The notes under the pieces are model-generated. The model was not told the origin of the DNA. It was given only the letters and a program-made list of their open reading frames with translations, and did no database searches. Positions 1 to 13,365 of a DNA stretch of 64,000 nucleotides are shown piece by piece (the first letter of the stretch is position 1; each line of letters starts with the position of its first letter). The DNA comes from Octopus sinensis (taxonomy: Eukaryota): positions 744,001 to 808,000 of the forward strand of contig NW_021832231.1 in the NCBI RefSeq assembly GCF_006345805.1, written 5' to 3'. The translations under genes were made by a program, and so were the position numbers.

Positions 1-977
1 CAATACTACCAGCTTTACAGAGGCAAGGACGACTATTAATTCGATAAATGTCAAAGTTAACCAAGTTCTTAGCAATTCAAACAATACTTTTAAACTTGAT
101 TGGCTCGGAAAACGAATCACAGTGCCCAGCCACGTCAAAAGAGAGGAATTTAAAATTACGTCGTTGACTAATTTCATGGGCCCTCGTGTGCTCGTTCACT
201 ACTCAGTCTTTAAATATAAGCATAACAAAATGATGGCATTTCTCCTTTTTAATGACATGGTCATTCTTGCTACTTTTGCAGGAAAGGCTTCTGACATGTT
301 TAATGTCAACCATGAGGGACTCCTCACTTTGAAAGTTCCGGTTTTCCACTGTTTCTAATGTTTATTTAAAGGCAGTTCTTCTGCCAAAATTCCGATGTTA
401 TATTCACAATTTGAATGACTTATTTATCGCTGATTTGTCAGGAAAACAAATTATGCTTCAACCTGTCAATCCTGATGAAGGGTCCTTTCCTTGTGTCTAA
501 TTTTAGTGTCATATGTGTAGAGAAATACTCTCAAGCATTATCTAACTATATTTCTTTCAGTACCCCACATTGTTCAGTCTCCTCCAATTTAGTCTTAATC
601 ATTTCACTAAATATAATTCAATTTGTAACTATGCCAGTTTCCAAGGAAGATGGAATGTATCACTGCTCTCTCACTGTTAATGGACTCACTCGTAATGCCA
701 TTCATGGCTCGTTGGTGGACAAGATTATTGTGTGGGCTGATAGTCCGTTTGAGTTTGTAATTCAGGCAGAAGAGTGTCCCGAAATAGAATTAGTTCTTTC
801 TCACCCTCGTTCATTTCGTCCAAACCGTTTTAAATGTCCAAATATTTTATAGGCGCCATTGCTCATACCAAAATTAAATGGGACTTGCCACAAAAAGGCT
901 ACATCCACGATTTTTTAACATTTGAGGGGCATCAAGTTTTTGTAGACTTGGATTTGTCGTTTGGAGAGGTCATTTAA
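1..977 (+). CDS. 3' part of an unidentified multi-exon protein-coding gene (begins before the window)
   Basis: Frame is open from base 2. Three short GT-AG introns (about 341-371, 482-506, 827-852) join exons in frame to TAA 975-977. AATAAA follows at about 1011. No recognisable domain. Confidence 0.6.
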
Positions 978-2710
978 AGGAAATTATTAACTAATGCAAC
1001 TTTGTATTTAAATAAATTATAATTCTGTGTCAATTTTTGTTTATTTGAAAAATAGTTGTCAATCATTAAATTATTGACCATGGCTAATTACTTTGTCAGG
1101 GCAATAACTCTGTGAATAGAATGGTCATCACATTTAGGAACAGTCTTTTGTCTAGTCTTCACGATCTAACAATACTTGGCTATGATTGAGTTGATCCAAG
1201 TCGCAATACTTTAAGTCGATCGCAATACTTTATCCAAGTAGAGTGTTCCTATCACTTGTTAGCATCCCCATCCAGGACTGCACGTCTATTTATGTTCCTG
1301 ATAACGTCGTGCTTGAATACACTGATTGGGGGAAAGACATAATTTAAAGCCGAAAGCAAGTTTCTCGACAAGCTAGCGGTTTTTAAAGAAAGAGGCCAAG
1401 AACTAGACATATACAATAAGTTTTACTCTGCATCATTTTAAAAACATTGTGGTATGGGACGTGATTATTTTGACGTGGATTATTATTTTGTGGCGAATTA
1501 TTACTAATATTGTTCTCAACTAAGATAAAATTAGTGTCCCGAAAATTGTTTTAATTAGAATAAATTTGTAAGATCGATTGTTTATTAAATAGTTTTTTAT
1601 TGCTATATTAACAATAGATAAGTTTTGTCGTTACTTAGGTTTGCCCTAATTGTTGTTGAAATAAATCTTTTACTTTCAATAATAGACAACGAACACAAGA
1701 AATCTTTATTTTATGTCATAATAGATATAGTTATGTGCATGCTTAATAGTTGCGAGTTTCATTTTCTAATTTTCAGTTTTTTTATTCAATTGATAATGAT
1801 GAAGGAGATTCAAAATTAGACTACAAATCAATTACTCTGTACTATTGAACTAAATTGAAAATTTTTCCGTGTTATAATCCCTGTCCAAGTAGAGTGTATT
1901 CCTAGTTATTATTCAGCAATTACTTGTGCACAGAATTGAAGCGATGACTTAATTTTCTGATTTGGCTTACTTGAATTTGCCGGATTTATGTCAAAATTTT
2001 GACATCAGGAAATTACAAACTTTGTCTTAAATTCTTGTCCTAAATAAGATTATTGTTATAAGAAAGTCTTCAGTTTACAAATTTTTTACAAAATAAATTG
2101 TTTAAATTTCAACATTTTTAGTTTTTACTAACTTTGACTTGACTAAATAACTCTCAAAGAAACTTTGAACTCAGAATGATGGACGACCTTCAACTGACAA
2201 ACAGATAATGCAGATAACAAATTCCATTTCTACAGCATTTCATCCGACTACCTAAACAAACGAAATGCTGAAGACATGTCTCCACTGTTAGTTAATTGCA
2301 AGAAAACTTTTTTATGTCATTTGAAGTACCAATAAAGAGAGGACGCATTTTGTAATCAGTAACGTCGTCAAGAGTCTGAATCCTGCTGACTTTTATAACA
2401 AAAATAGCGTGGGCCGTGTATAATTTTGAAACACATTAATTTCTTTATATAACCCGACTAACAAAGAGTTTTAGTGGAAGAAAAGTTTTTTATAAATGGA
2501 AAGAAATCACGTGGAAGATGCGTCGAAACAGAGACGACTACAACGATAGAGAAGAAGCTGTCATAAATGTATAACATAGTTAATATAATTCTTAGATGTG
2601 GTGATAGTTTTGATGCAGTCGATACATAAATGTCAAAATAATAAAAGAAAAAATGTAATTTATTTTTTGAACATTAGAAGTCTTTAGTCGACCAAAAGGC
2701 TAAAAGTTTG

Positions 2711-3094
2711 CTAGTTCGGTTGTTCACGACTATCACGAGTTGACTCTTTGTTGTCAAAAGTCTTGAATTGGGGGAAATTGAATTGATTGATTCCAAAAGT
2801 CAAATACTGCATCCACGCACAATACATAAACCACTGAGAATAAAACAAATTTGGCCCCTGATATTTTGAAATAAAACTGGAATGTTCGACATTTGGTTGA
2901 TAATTGAATTTATTCTTGTGATCATATAAATTATTGGGAGGGTTCCTCTCAAGAAATTCGTGAATTGAATTTTTCCAGTGTTTTTCAAAGTTAGAACATC
3001 TTCTGCGTCTTAATTTCTTTTTCTGAACAACATCTTCACTGACGTTGGCACATGTTTGTTCGAGAATTTCGAGAGGAGTGAGTTTCTTTTGAGA
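2711..3094 (-). CDS. 127-codon exon missed by the ORF track; N-terminal Sp-box-like motif (possible Noc/Elbow/ZNF503- or Sp-related fragment)
   Basis: After a ttctag acceptor it reads SQKKLTPLEILEQTCANVSEDVVQKKKLRRRR...EQPN*. Resembles KKSPLALLAQTCSQIG and has a basic NLS-like run. Upstream exon not resolved. Confidence 0.4.
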   Translation of the reverse strand, partial: SQKKLTPLEILEQTCANVSEDVVQKKKLRRRRCSNFEKHWKNSIHEFLERNPPNNLYDHKNKFNYQPNVEHSSFISKYQGPNLFYSQWFMYCAWMQYLTFGINQFNFPQFKTFDNKESTRDSREQPN

Positions 3095-4132
3095 CTAGAA
3101 ATATAAATGTCAAAGTTTGTCATAATTTATTAGACTATTAGTATATAATAGGGCATATTGCTTTGATATGGTGATTAAAGAATCAATCTTTTAATAAAAC
3201 GACATTTATAGTCATAAAATTTGACAAATCGCCTCAGACCCTTTGATGAATAATGCTTATCACTTTAACACATAAATCTCCTAAATTCCCACATTCGCTG
3301 CATATAAAGTAAGAAAAGCAATATTAAAGATGTTTCTACATTCTTTTAATTAGCGAAAAGCAATTTGAGAATATTAGAAATACCGGCATGCTTGAAAGTA
3401 TGTTTTCATCGCAAATTCTAAATTTATGTAAAAGTTAAAACGATTGTTGCTAATTGACAGTACGTATTTCGCGTAGATTATGCTAATCCTACAATCAAAA
3501 GTTGGATTTTACTAACATTAAACATTTTATTTTTGGTTGAGAAAAAACTTTTAAAGTTTTTATTTTTTTATAAACAATCTATTGAGGGAAACAGTTTGGC
3601 AATCCGCCAGGTTACATATATATCATAAACATAATACTAACTAAATTATTTGTTCCGTAATAAACTAATCTATTGTGTACTGGGTCATTCCCGCTCAAAT
3701 CAGAAATGTCTCCGTCTTTTTTGAGGTGATGAATCTCACCGCCTCGACATGGTCTCAGGCTCTAAAGGTTAAAGTTTTTCTCACTAGAAACTTTTTGAAG
3801 GAATCTTGTGGTTCGAAATTGAGTTTAATAATTAATACAAAAGCATTAAAAATTATTTTTAAATAATATCATTTCCGAACATGTTAAAAATTTGACAGAA
3901 AATTTAAACAATTATAAGCCACTGTCATTGTTTGTCCTTGTTGCTGACTAATCATCAAGCACATAAACATTTGTTTTTCTGTGTTTCGTTTGAACCTAAA
4001 AAATAATAAAAACATAGTTGGCGATCGACAACATCATCAGAGAGATGTGAATTTCGTCGGGGAAAAGACAGAATCTAAGAGTCTAATGCAGGGATTCTCA
4101 ACGGCGGCCCAGGGAACCGGTTGAAATTATAG

Positions 4133-6226
4133 AACAAATATTACATATTTTACATAATGCAGCCGGATTTTAACTGTGCTTTTTCTTTCTGTTTTTTTAC
4201 AATAAACTTTCTATAGTTAAAAAAATTTGGGTACTTTGTCGAAGTGGTCGCAGTTTTTTTAGAAGATAATTAAAATTAATTAATTTTTTTAGTGAAAATA
4301 GATTATTTATTTTAAACCCTCTATCAATAATTTAAATGGTTAAATTCTGATAACTAACTAAAAAAACCTGCGAAATAAGATCAAATAAAATATAATATAT
4401 TCACTCAAAATTATTCGATTTTTAAAAGGCCTAAAAAAACTAGTCGCAGTTTTTTTAGAAGATAATTAAAATTAATTAATTTTTAGTGAAAAATAGATAT
4501 TTAATTTATAACCCTCTATCAATAATTTAAATGGTTATTAAAATTATTTAAAAATTTATTTAACCAATTTAGTCATTTTTAGTACGCGGCATCCAAATTC
4601 CAGGACTGTAGAAGGATTTATGTCTTTTACAATCTGTGCAAAAATTCCTTATAGTTCTGTATTTGTTTTCGCCACATAAATTCTGAAAAAATAACTAACT
4701 AAAAAAACCTGCGAAATAAGATCCCAGATGATGTCTTACAGCTCCTCTTTGAGCTTTATTCTTGCATTTTGCACTTCCCCACATTCGTTCTACTGTCTGG
4801 GTGTGCACTCCCGTCGTTGGATCCAAAAAAAAAAAATGCACTGCATCCTCCTTACTTATTGGGAGCTGTCGGAATTTGATGTTGCATAAGTCCACAACAG
4901 AATTTTCCATGTGACCTATAGTGCCAGTTTATATCAATATTAGGTACATGCTCGCCATAATATTAAAAAAATTAGAAAATAAATTAGTAAAAAATTTAAT
5001 AATATTTTAAATTATTGATAGAGCGACTTAAATAAAATATAATATATTCCACCTCAAAAATTATTAGATTTTTTAAAAGGCCTAAAAAAACTGCGACCAC
5101 TTCGACAAAAGTACCAAAATTTGTACATATTTAACTATTGTTTTTGAATTAAATATTTTGTGTATTAAATCTTAAAATGCTCGTGATCTCTGTTAACCCC
5201 GAATGGGAGGAAAATTTTTCTTCTTCGAAGAAAATGGCAAAGCACGTTGTTTGTTTTGCTATTTTGTTATACGATGGCTTAAGTTGCATAATGTCGAGAG
5301 GCATTATATGAAACATTTTTGAGACTGGGAGGGTGTCCTAAACTGCGTAGTCTTAAACAAACTTTCTCCTTTTCTAACTGTTTTAATAATTTTAAATTTT
5401 TTAGAATGTGATTCATTTCAAGATGAAAAATCAAATTTCTATTTATGAAATCAAATCGCAACTACAAACCACTTTATTTAAACAGCCCATATCATCAAGA
5501 TCCGTTACAATAGCTTCTTACAAAAAAGAACTTTAATCCTCGTTTCGATAAAATAGTAGACGCCAAGCAAAATCAAGTCTCAGTGATTCTCTTATTAAAC
5601 AAATATTACATATTTTACATAGAGCAGCCGGATTTTAACTGTGCTTTTTCTTTCTGTTTTTTACAATAAACTTTCTATAGTTAAAAAAATTTGTACATAT
5701 TTTAACTATTGTTTTTGAATTAAATATTTTGTGTATTAAATCTTAAAATTGCTCGTGATCTCTGTTAACCCCGAATGGGAGGAAAATTTTTCTTCTTCGA
5801 AGAAAATGGCAAAGCACGTTGTTTGTTTTGCTATTTTGTTATACGATGGCTTAAGTTGCATAATGTCGAGAGGCATTATATGAAACATTTTTGAGACTGG
5901 GAGGGTGTCCTAAACTGCGTAGTCTTAAACAAACTTTCTCCTTTTCTAACTGTTTTAATAATTTTAAATTTTTTAGAATGTGATTCATTTCAAGATGAAA
6001 AATCAAATTTCTATTTATGAAATCAAATCGCAACTACAAACCACTTTATTTAAACAGCCCATATCATCAAGATCCGTTACAATAGCTTCTTACAAAAAAG
6101 AACTTTAATCCTCGTTTCGATAAAATAGTAGACGCCAAGCAAAATCAAGTCTCAGTGATTCTCTTATTAAACAAATATTACATATTTTACATAGTGCAGC
6201 CGGATTTTAACTGTGCTTTTTCTTTT
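4133..6226. repeat. About 572-bp tandem repeat, about 2.1 copies; first copy interrupted by a Merlin element
   Basis: Unit starts aacaaatattacatattttacata at about 4133, 5598 and 6170. Identical ORFs at 5279 and 5851 are offset by 572. Confidence 0.9.
4230..5115 (-). mobile_element. Non-autonomous Merlin (IS1016/ISXO2-like) DNA transposon
   Basis: TIR GGTACTTTGTCGAAGTGGTCGCAGTTTTTTTAG and its inverse. 8-bp TSD AAAATTTG at 4222-4229 and 5116-5123. The empty site is visible in the repeat copy at about 5686. Remnant DPTTGVHTQTVERMWGSAK at 4695-4910. Confidence 0.92.
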
Positions 6227-6629
6227 TGTGAACATTTCTGAGCTGAGTCGGAAAGACCCAGTACTTAATGGATTGTTTATAAAAAAATAAAAAGCCTTTA
6301 TTCTTTAATCAAATAAAATATTTATGTGTAGATCTTTAATTCTCGATTTGGCCTTTTAGCTAAAATAGCTGAAAACCCCTTGTCTGGTGTACTAGGTTAA
6401 ATCTGCTCTTTCTGAGAAAAGATCCTAGAATGCCTTGCTTCATGATGTAGATAACTTGTTTACCTGAAAGATTATGATTTGATAATCCCTATGCTACTGT
6501 TTATCCGAGAATTTTTTAAAGTTATATTCCCATCACTAGACACGTATTTTATTAACACTCCCTGCTCAATTTTTCCGACGACATAACTCACTTTAAACTT
6601 CCCAAAACACATAAAAAATCAATTTTTGA

Positions 6630-6833
6630 CTATTTTTCATAGTTGTTGTCACAATAATACATCAACCGTCTAATCTCACTTATCGCCTTCTCCAGCACCT
6701 CATACTTTGACAATCGAACCCTCTCTGTGCGAATCCCCAAACACGCCCCCAATTTGTCCAATTCCCTGTTCAGTCTCCTCATTCGATTTCTCTCCCTTGC
6801 ATTTGCACGTACTCGTTTCTCACTTTTGTCCAT
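6630..6833 (-). CDS. Minimal (67 aa) bHLH transcription factor, NeuroD/neurogenin (atonal superfamily)-like
   Basis: KRVRANARERNRMRRLN...LSKYEVLEKAISEIRRL. ANARERNRM basic region and LSK.E.L..AI.YI-type helix 2. Confidence 0.8.
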   Translation of the reverse strand: MDKSEKRVRANARERNRMRRLNRELDKLGACLGIRTERVRLSKYEVLEKAISEIRRLMYYCDNNYEK

Positions 6834-8079
6834 CAACTATTGCTAAAACTCATTTTCGCTTTTATAGCAATCAACTTCTCCAAGAGCCTTTCATTCGTAA
6901 AGTACACCACTCGAAAGATATTTAGAGAATCTATTTTTTAGGTACGTAAGTTCACCTAAGTCGTATAAAAGACGACAAATTTTAGTCAATTAGAGCTATC
7001 CCGTGCTACTCTTCATAGTTTGTAGATCGTAGATAATTTCGAGTTTATAGAAATGTTAGTTTAAAAAAATCTACTTTAATTGACGATTGAAAAAATGAAT
7101 TAATGTTTTAAACTCACGTCGTTTTCTAAGACCGCATAGGGGACAGTATCCAACTCGTTTTATCGTAGGCCTTTATCTACAATGATGTATTACTGGCTCT
7201 TTGTTTTCCACGTGTCTTTAACTGTCGGTTCAATACATTTTCTCGGAGAGAACTGTATCGGTAAATAAAAGAGATACGTCACAAAAACTGCATATAAGCA
7301 TGAGAGACTTGTAGAAATAGCTACACATGAATCAATAAGATGGTTTTTCATGGGATAATCAAAAGTTCGAGCTTAATTGGGGATTTTTATGTACAAGTCT
7401 TTAAGAAAATTATAATAATGCTATTTCAATTAATTATGAACATGGTAAAGAATTTTTAAAGAATATATAGAAGAAACGACGTGCAATTGACGGGAACGTC
7501 ACAATCGAAAAGAGGATGAGTAAAAACACGTCTGCTATTACTATATAAACTAATAGAAAATTTGTGAAAGCTTTCGACTTCACACAGATAATCAAATGAG
7601 AACTAAGAAAATGCGTAAAGGAGCTAATTAATAAGCATTGATAAATAAAAAATTAGATAATCAAACAAATTGGAATTTTTTTCTGCCTGGATTCGTGTAA
7701 AAAAAGGCTTTCGATTCTGTCAATCACGACTTCTTAAGGCTTTGGCCTCCGTGCTCGGTGTGCTGGTGATAGATTCACTTGGTGGTCTATCACTATCCAA
7801 ATATTTTAGTCTCTTTGCTAAAAGAAGGACAGATATATCAACATCCCTCTACAATTGGACTGATGAAGAATTTAGCAAAGTCAGCAACTATTTTATTATC
7901 AAAATGTTATGTCTAAAATGTCTAACATGTAAACAAGCAGCAATTATCTTATCCCGTAATAAGCTTGGAAGGGGATTGCGATCAGTTTTTTATGCTATGT
8001 GAAACTTGGTTATTGAATTCATCTGAAACTTAGAAATAAAACTTGATGAGTTTTCGAGCCAAGGCTGATCAGTACCAGC

Positions 8080-8760
8080 TCGCAGGCATCAATGCGGCTT
8101 GTAAACGACATTGGTTAAAAGCGTTGCCCATGTCTTCCACCGGATTTTTACTAGACAACTAGTCCCTGAATTTCTGCGGCTTAGTCTGATATTCGTTTTT
8201 GCGGTGGGAATATCGGCCAATGTGGTTTTTGTCCTTTCTTGTAGAAGCTTTGTGTTGGTAAGACATTTATTGCCTAAAGGACCAGGGTAAAGTAGTTAAT
8301 AGTAATCCCCGTGATTCCCGATTCACTTCGCAAATTCTGAAACTTTCTAATTTTGTAAATTAAACTTTTTGTAAAAAATATTTGAGTTATAAATACTCTT
8401 TCGATGTTAAGTTCAACTAAAAACTTAACCATAGGAACGGGAAACGCACTGAGTAGATAGCTATTTTCCCTTTCAAGTACGAAAAGGCGTCTATATGGGG
8501 CGCAACCCTCACAGACAACTACGCACTCACCTAAATTTCTCAGCACTCATTCCGGGATACGCCTCTTCCAAGGCTGAGAATTTGAAGATGAAAAAATATG
8601 CTTATTTTCAAGAGCCTTTCTCTTTTGCTCCCATTAACTTTGAGATTAGTGGTTTTATTAGTAAGTATGCAAGTGCACTTCTTTTTGAGATCGGAGAAAG
8701 TATCTCCTCTAAGACTTTGGATTGTTGTGAGGGATTTTTTTGCCATCCGTTGGGGTAATT
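8080..8760 (+). mobile_element. Degenerate CRE-like non-LTR retrotransposon fragments
   Basis: HWLKALPMSSTGFLLDN, then GYASSKAENLKMKKY...FAPINFEISG (C-terminal part of a restriction-like endonuclease region); stops and deletions. Confidence 0.55.
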
Positions 8761-9349
8761 GTAAGGCAATTAAAAACAATAAAATTTGATTGTGGAATAT
8801 GTTTCTCAATTTTTCAGACCGAAATTCTATCAAAGACACATTTGGTGATAAAAAATATTTGAGTTATAAATACTCTTTCGATGTTAAGTTCAACTAAAAA
8901 TTTTGTTGTGATTTTGAAATGGGTCTCTATTAAACCAGAATTTTCACTCTATATATGAAATTTAAATGGAGATTCTGTTACTGAAAAGAATTTTACTGAT
9001 TGAAGTTGATTGTTGGCCTTGCCTTAATAGAATCTTATTTCCCCGGGATTCTTTCCGTACTCAGAGCGTTCGATTCAATGACTTTTACATTTTGATGCGG
9101 GTTTTAAAGAAATCTGGCTATTAGTGAGATTAAATAAATCGATGATCTATAATGAGTGAATAATAAATATATTCGTCAGGTTCGCATAGAAAGAGGCATT
9201 TTGTACGAATATAATCTATTTTCTACTGTCTTTGTGTTTATACTGGATTGAATTACCAGTCCGTTTTTAAAAATAGCACAAAATAATAAGAAATATGTAA
9301 TAAGCTAGCTATTTCGAGATTCGTTCATTCCAGGAATTGAAAATCCATC

Positions 9350-10340
9350 GTGTTGTTGATAGACAGATAGTTAAAGTTTACTCATTGGTGATTATCATCC
9401 GACAACCTGTATGCCAATCCTGTACAAGTTGATGTCTAAGGTGGTGACTACTGAGGTCCAAAATTTCGTGGAAATGAATGGGATTCTGTCCAAGAGCCAG
9501 TTACGTACTCGGAGGATAGCCAGGGAGCCAAGAAACAAGCACTGGTCAACAAATGCTTCGCTTAAGCACAGGGAAACTCACTAGTGTGGATATGGGTGAA
9601 TGTGAAGAATGCATATGACTTCGTGGTTTATCCAATTTGTTGCAGCTGTGATGGACAGATGGAATGTGCATTCACAGTATAACAAATGCGATATAGGCGA
9701 GGTTAAGGTGGAGAGGGGCATATTACAGGGCGACAACATGTCTCCGTTGCTGTTTGTGCTCTGTATAGAATCGCTGAGTAGAGTCGTCATTTCCCAATTC
9801 GAAAAAATGTCGATCGAACATGATGAAAGGTGTTTTAGTATTAACCATCTCATGTTTATAGACGAAATTAAACTGTTCGCTCGGTCTTCAGAGATCCTCC
9901 ACTCAAAGGGCAAAGCATTGGAAGGTTTTATGAAGGCCGTGGGTCTGGTGCTCAACTACAAGTCGGCAACTAACACCCCTGTGTGTGGTGACCTAGTCAA
10001 AGTTTTGGAGGAGCACCAAAGGTATAATTATCTTTGGGTGGTTGAGAGCCCAACCTCATTAATCATACCTAAAACGAGAAAGTGTGTAGTGGAGGGTATG
10101 CGTAGTAAGGCAGCAATGTTATGCAAAACTCGCCTCAATGCACGCAACTTATTTCATGCCTTGAACAAATGCTAAATTACTACGTTGGCCTGATTGAATT
10201 CGAGGCGAGTAAGTACGATGAAATGAACTTTATTGTTCGAAGAGTACTCCGAAAGAATCATGTTTACGTGTTGGCAGGCAACAAGGGAAGATTATACTTG
10301 TTTCGCGGGCAGCTAAGACGTGGACTGAGTAACAAATTCT
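9350..10340 (+). mobile_element. Degenerate R4/Dong-like non-LTR retrotransposon RT fragment
   Basis: YHPTTCMPILYKLMS, RGILQGDNMSPLLFVLCIE, INHLMFIDEIKLFA; intronless; frameshifts. Confidence 0.85.
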
Positions 10341-11149
10341 TACTAGGATGCACAACACCTTGTGGAGTGGGTTAAGTTTATCCCAAAGAAAAACTGTCAT
10401 CTTTGCTGTTGAAAAAATTGATCCGATTGAAAATTGTCCTGATTGTATTAATTTGGCATTAACTCATGCTTCATTAATTAAAGTTAATAATTTACCTTCT
10501 TTGGAATTAAAAAAATGTTGTATCAATTATTTGACCCAGATACATTGACTCAGATGGAGTTTGATTTTTCTGTATTAAAATCAAAGACAAGTTTAATATT
10601 GTTGATTAAAAATGTACTATCAAACATTTTTTAGTTTCATAGATTTTCCTGGTTTGTTCTGTGGCCTGCACTGTAATACTGTTCAAAGATAATGATAACC
10701 CAAATTATTTAATAATAATATGCACCATCACTGAATTGATTATACTAATCATACTATACATTACTTTGCCTATTATATTTAATGAAAAAGTACAGAAATG
10801 GATTGAATACACAGTTCATATTTATGCTTAATTCACAGAAAACAGTCGTGCTTTTTATTTTGTGGATCATTAACATACTCATTTTAGCAATCCTGTTTTC
10901 ATTGATTCCAGTCACAAACAACAAGCTGATCCACGCTTGTTGGGTAAATTAATTTGGTATAATCGTAGTTATTCTATCTCTTTCTGTCTATCATGAGTGG
11001 AATACTGGTCTACATTTTTGATAAAAAAACTAACCTTTTAAAATACTTTCTTTAATTTGAAATATTGTCCGGATCCACTAATTTGATTAATAAATATAAA
11101 CTTTATGATCACTATAAAAAATACTCAATAAAGACTATTTGATATCACA

Positions 11150-11325
11150 AGAAATGGACCCTGTCACCCCCTGCAAAAGATACAATACTTCCTAAAAAAC
11201 GGCTACTTTCAAGGCAGACGACGTACAACCCCTCCACTATTCATACAAAATGACCTAAACAATGCTGACGACCTCAGAGAAAATCAAAATCTCAAGAGGA
11301 CTGCATGACAAAAAAATCATCCGAA
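11150..11325 (+). mobile_element. RTE-like LINE 3' remnant
   Basis: MDPVTP...GRRRTTPPLFIQNDLNNADDLRE resembles the RTE C-terminus at 18958-19250. Confidence 0.4.
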
Positions 11326-11594
11326 ATGCAACATAAACAAAGATAAAACTTAATGTTCTCATTTTTGCGTATCGTCCATAATTATATAAACTAAACGACC
11401 ATACCAACTTGGACATGTTGTATAGTAATTTCTGTTGTTTTATAGATTAAGAGAATATCACGTCTGTTTGTTTAATTTGTTGTATATTTTAAATTTATTC
11501 AGACCGCATCCGACACCGCATTGTGTTTAAAAGTTTTATTCCAATAAATTAAATCCGTTAAATAAAGTGAGAAGGTTATAGAAATCCGTGATAA

Positions 11595-12662
11595 TTATTT
11601 TTTAAGTTCCCCAACCATTTTGTGGCCAACAATCTTGTCCCAGTCTATCAACGACTTTGTAATGGGCAACTGCCTTCGAATATCACGAAATGTTGTCTCG
11701 GAAATATATTTAAAATTGTCATTTATTTCATCCTGAAACTTTGACTCAACCATTTTAATATTGCTGACAATTAAGGCCACCAACGACTCCTTGGTCTACA
11801 CATGACCCAAAGTCCCCACCTCGGCTTTTCTACTACGTTCCGGTTTGTAGTTTGAAATGAGCTGCACGTTCCCGTCCTCAAAATAGTGAGTCTAAGACTG
11901 ACGGATTTGTGTCCACCTGCACACGAATGTCTCCTCGGAGTGTGGCCTCGAGGTCTGCCTCGTTGATTTCGATGGTCCACAGTGACCTCCATCGACCATT
12001 TCTTGAGGGAATAAACGAATGGATTACGTCATATTGGATTCTTTGAAAAAGTGGCTTTCGATACACAATTTCAAATTGATATTCCCCTCTGAACTGTCCT
12101 CGACTAGAAGAAATTGTCCCGTGGGGTAAAAATCGTCGACATACTCGTCCAGGAGTTTTAAAAGTTGTGAATTGTACGGCTCCGTGACCTCACGGGTGTC
12201 TGTCTTCACGTTGCTGGTCTTGAGAGAATGCACGTCCACACTACACGACTCGTCAAACCAACTTGCCTGAAGGATTTGTTGGTCCTCGGGTCGATGTAGC
12301 GATCTTCCTCTCTCACGTAATTATAGGGGGTTAACAGGACCTACGAATTAGTCCCACTTGGACTGCCTTATTTTTGATTCCGCTGACAGAGACGGGCGTG
12401 AACTGTTGAGAGTGGTATGTCAGGAGTGCTCTAATTATTCATTCAAGGAAGTGAGCTAATTATGCAAATTTAATTACTTTTCGAAAGCAGGCTTTGCATT
12501 TAGGTCTTTTTTAGTCAGAAGTTTGATGTCTATTAATAAATAATATATTCCCGCCCTCGACTATTTTGTTCACTTCCCCGGGCGGACTCATTGCTATAAA
12601 GTTTTCGATTATTCTCTTGATGGTCATAATACTATGCTAACCGTCTTTTCTTCCTCTGACAT
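11595..12662 (-). CDS. CAPZA: F-actin capping protein subunit alpha
   Basis: Spliced over 8 short introns: MSEEEKT..SPPGEVNKIVEDIKLL..NGRWRSLW..RVQTHYFEDGNVQL..RRQLPITKSLIDWDKI. Two frame-forced GC-AG introns. Confidence 0.95.
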
Positions 12663-12789
12663 GTTATATATGATTCTATTTATATATTCAAAATTATTTG
12701 TTTTTATATACATATACTAAATTGTAAAAAATCTAATTTTCATGACATTTTCTTTTAAATTATACAAGAAGCTTATTTCTCAGGCCGTA

Positions 12790-13365
12790 GCTTCAAAAAA
12801 ATTCAAAGGAGATAGGAAGAAAATTAAAAAGTTCAGAAAAAAAGACGAGCTTGATCTGCGAGCATTGCCAGGGAATAATTAGGTCCCGGCCAGAATTTGG
12901 ATGTTTGCGAGCCGAAGGATCCGGAGGTCTCGAAAGCCAAAGAGACAAAAGGATGTTGGGCGGCGAGTTGTCTGTACTTCTCGGCTTTGTGGGCTTCCGC
13001 CAAATGATGCTGATGAGAGTATCGCCGGGGACCAAGTGTCGTAGCGTCCCAGATTAGGCATTTGCCATTTAGGAATGGGAAAGTTATCATTCCATCGGGG
13101 CGCTTGAAGTCCCCCCTGTCCAGACCGGCTGGTTCAAGTACATTCGGGAAACCGGCAGCATTGAGTGCTCTCGAGATGAGTCGTTGAGTGCCCGTGACGG
13201 GGCGAGCGGCCTGCGCTCCGGTTTCGAGCCAGGAGCCACTGTGATTGTGTTCTATGGAAAGCAAGCACGCCAGGCGGTGTTGGTTCAGTAGGGGCTTTAG
13301 GATGAAAACGGAGTGTGCTGCCCAGTATTTCTAATCTTTTCCTATTCTGAAAGTGCAAGTACATT
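12790..13365 (-). mobile_element. CRE-like non-LTR retrotransposon 3' fragment (restriction-like endonuclease)
   Basis: LEPAGLDRGDFKRPDGMITFPFLNGKCLIWDAT...AEAHKAEKY...LAFETSG; GC-rich, intronless, internally deleted. Confidence 0.85.

Larger units (their letters stand above)
4089..6381 (+). mobile_element. Internally deleted hAT (Buster/Charlie-like) element with an internal tandem duplication
   Basis: Left end CAGGGATTCTCAAC preceded by gtcTAatg; degenerate right end gctgaaaacccctt followed by gtctggtg. Encodes NPEWEE.FFFFEENGKARCLFC...HNVERHY (BED-type N-terminus) and FNPRFDKIVDAKQNQVSQ* (hAT C-terminus). Confidence 0.65.

Noticed and set aside
4230-5115. Bacterial IS1595/ISXO2 contamination or horizontal transfer
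   Set aside because: Features fit eukaryotic Merlin elements, and the sister element contains spliceosomal introns.
5279-6033. Two identical 60-aa minus-strand ORFs
   Set aside because: Antisense by-products of the duplicated hAT interior; the transposase similarity is on the plus strand.
10400-11040. Possible multi-pass membrane (GPCR-like) gene remnant
   Set aside because: Hydrophobic stretches are present, but I could not build a consistent spliced frame or find a family motif.
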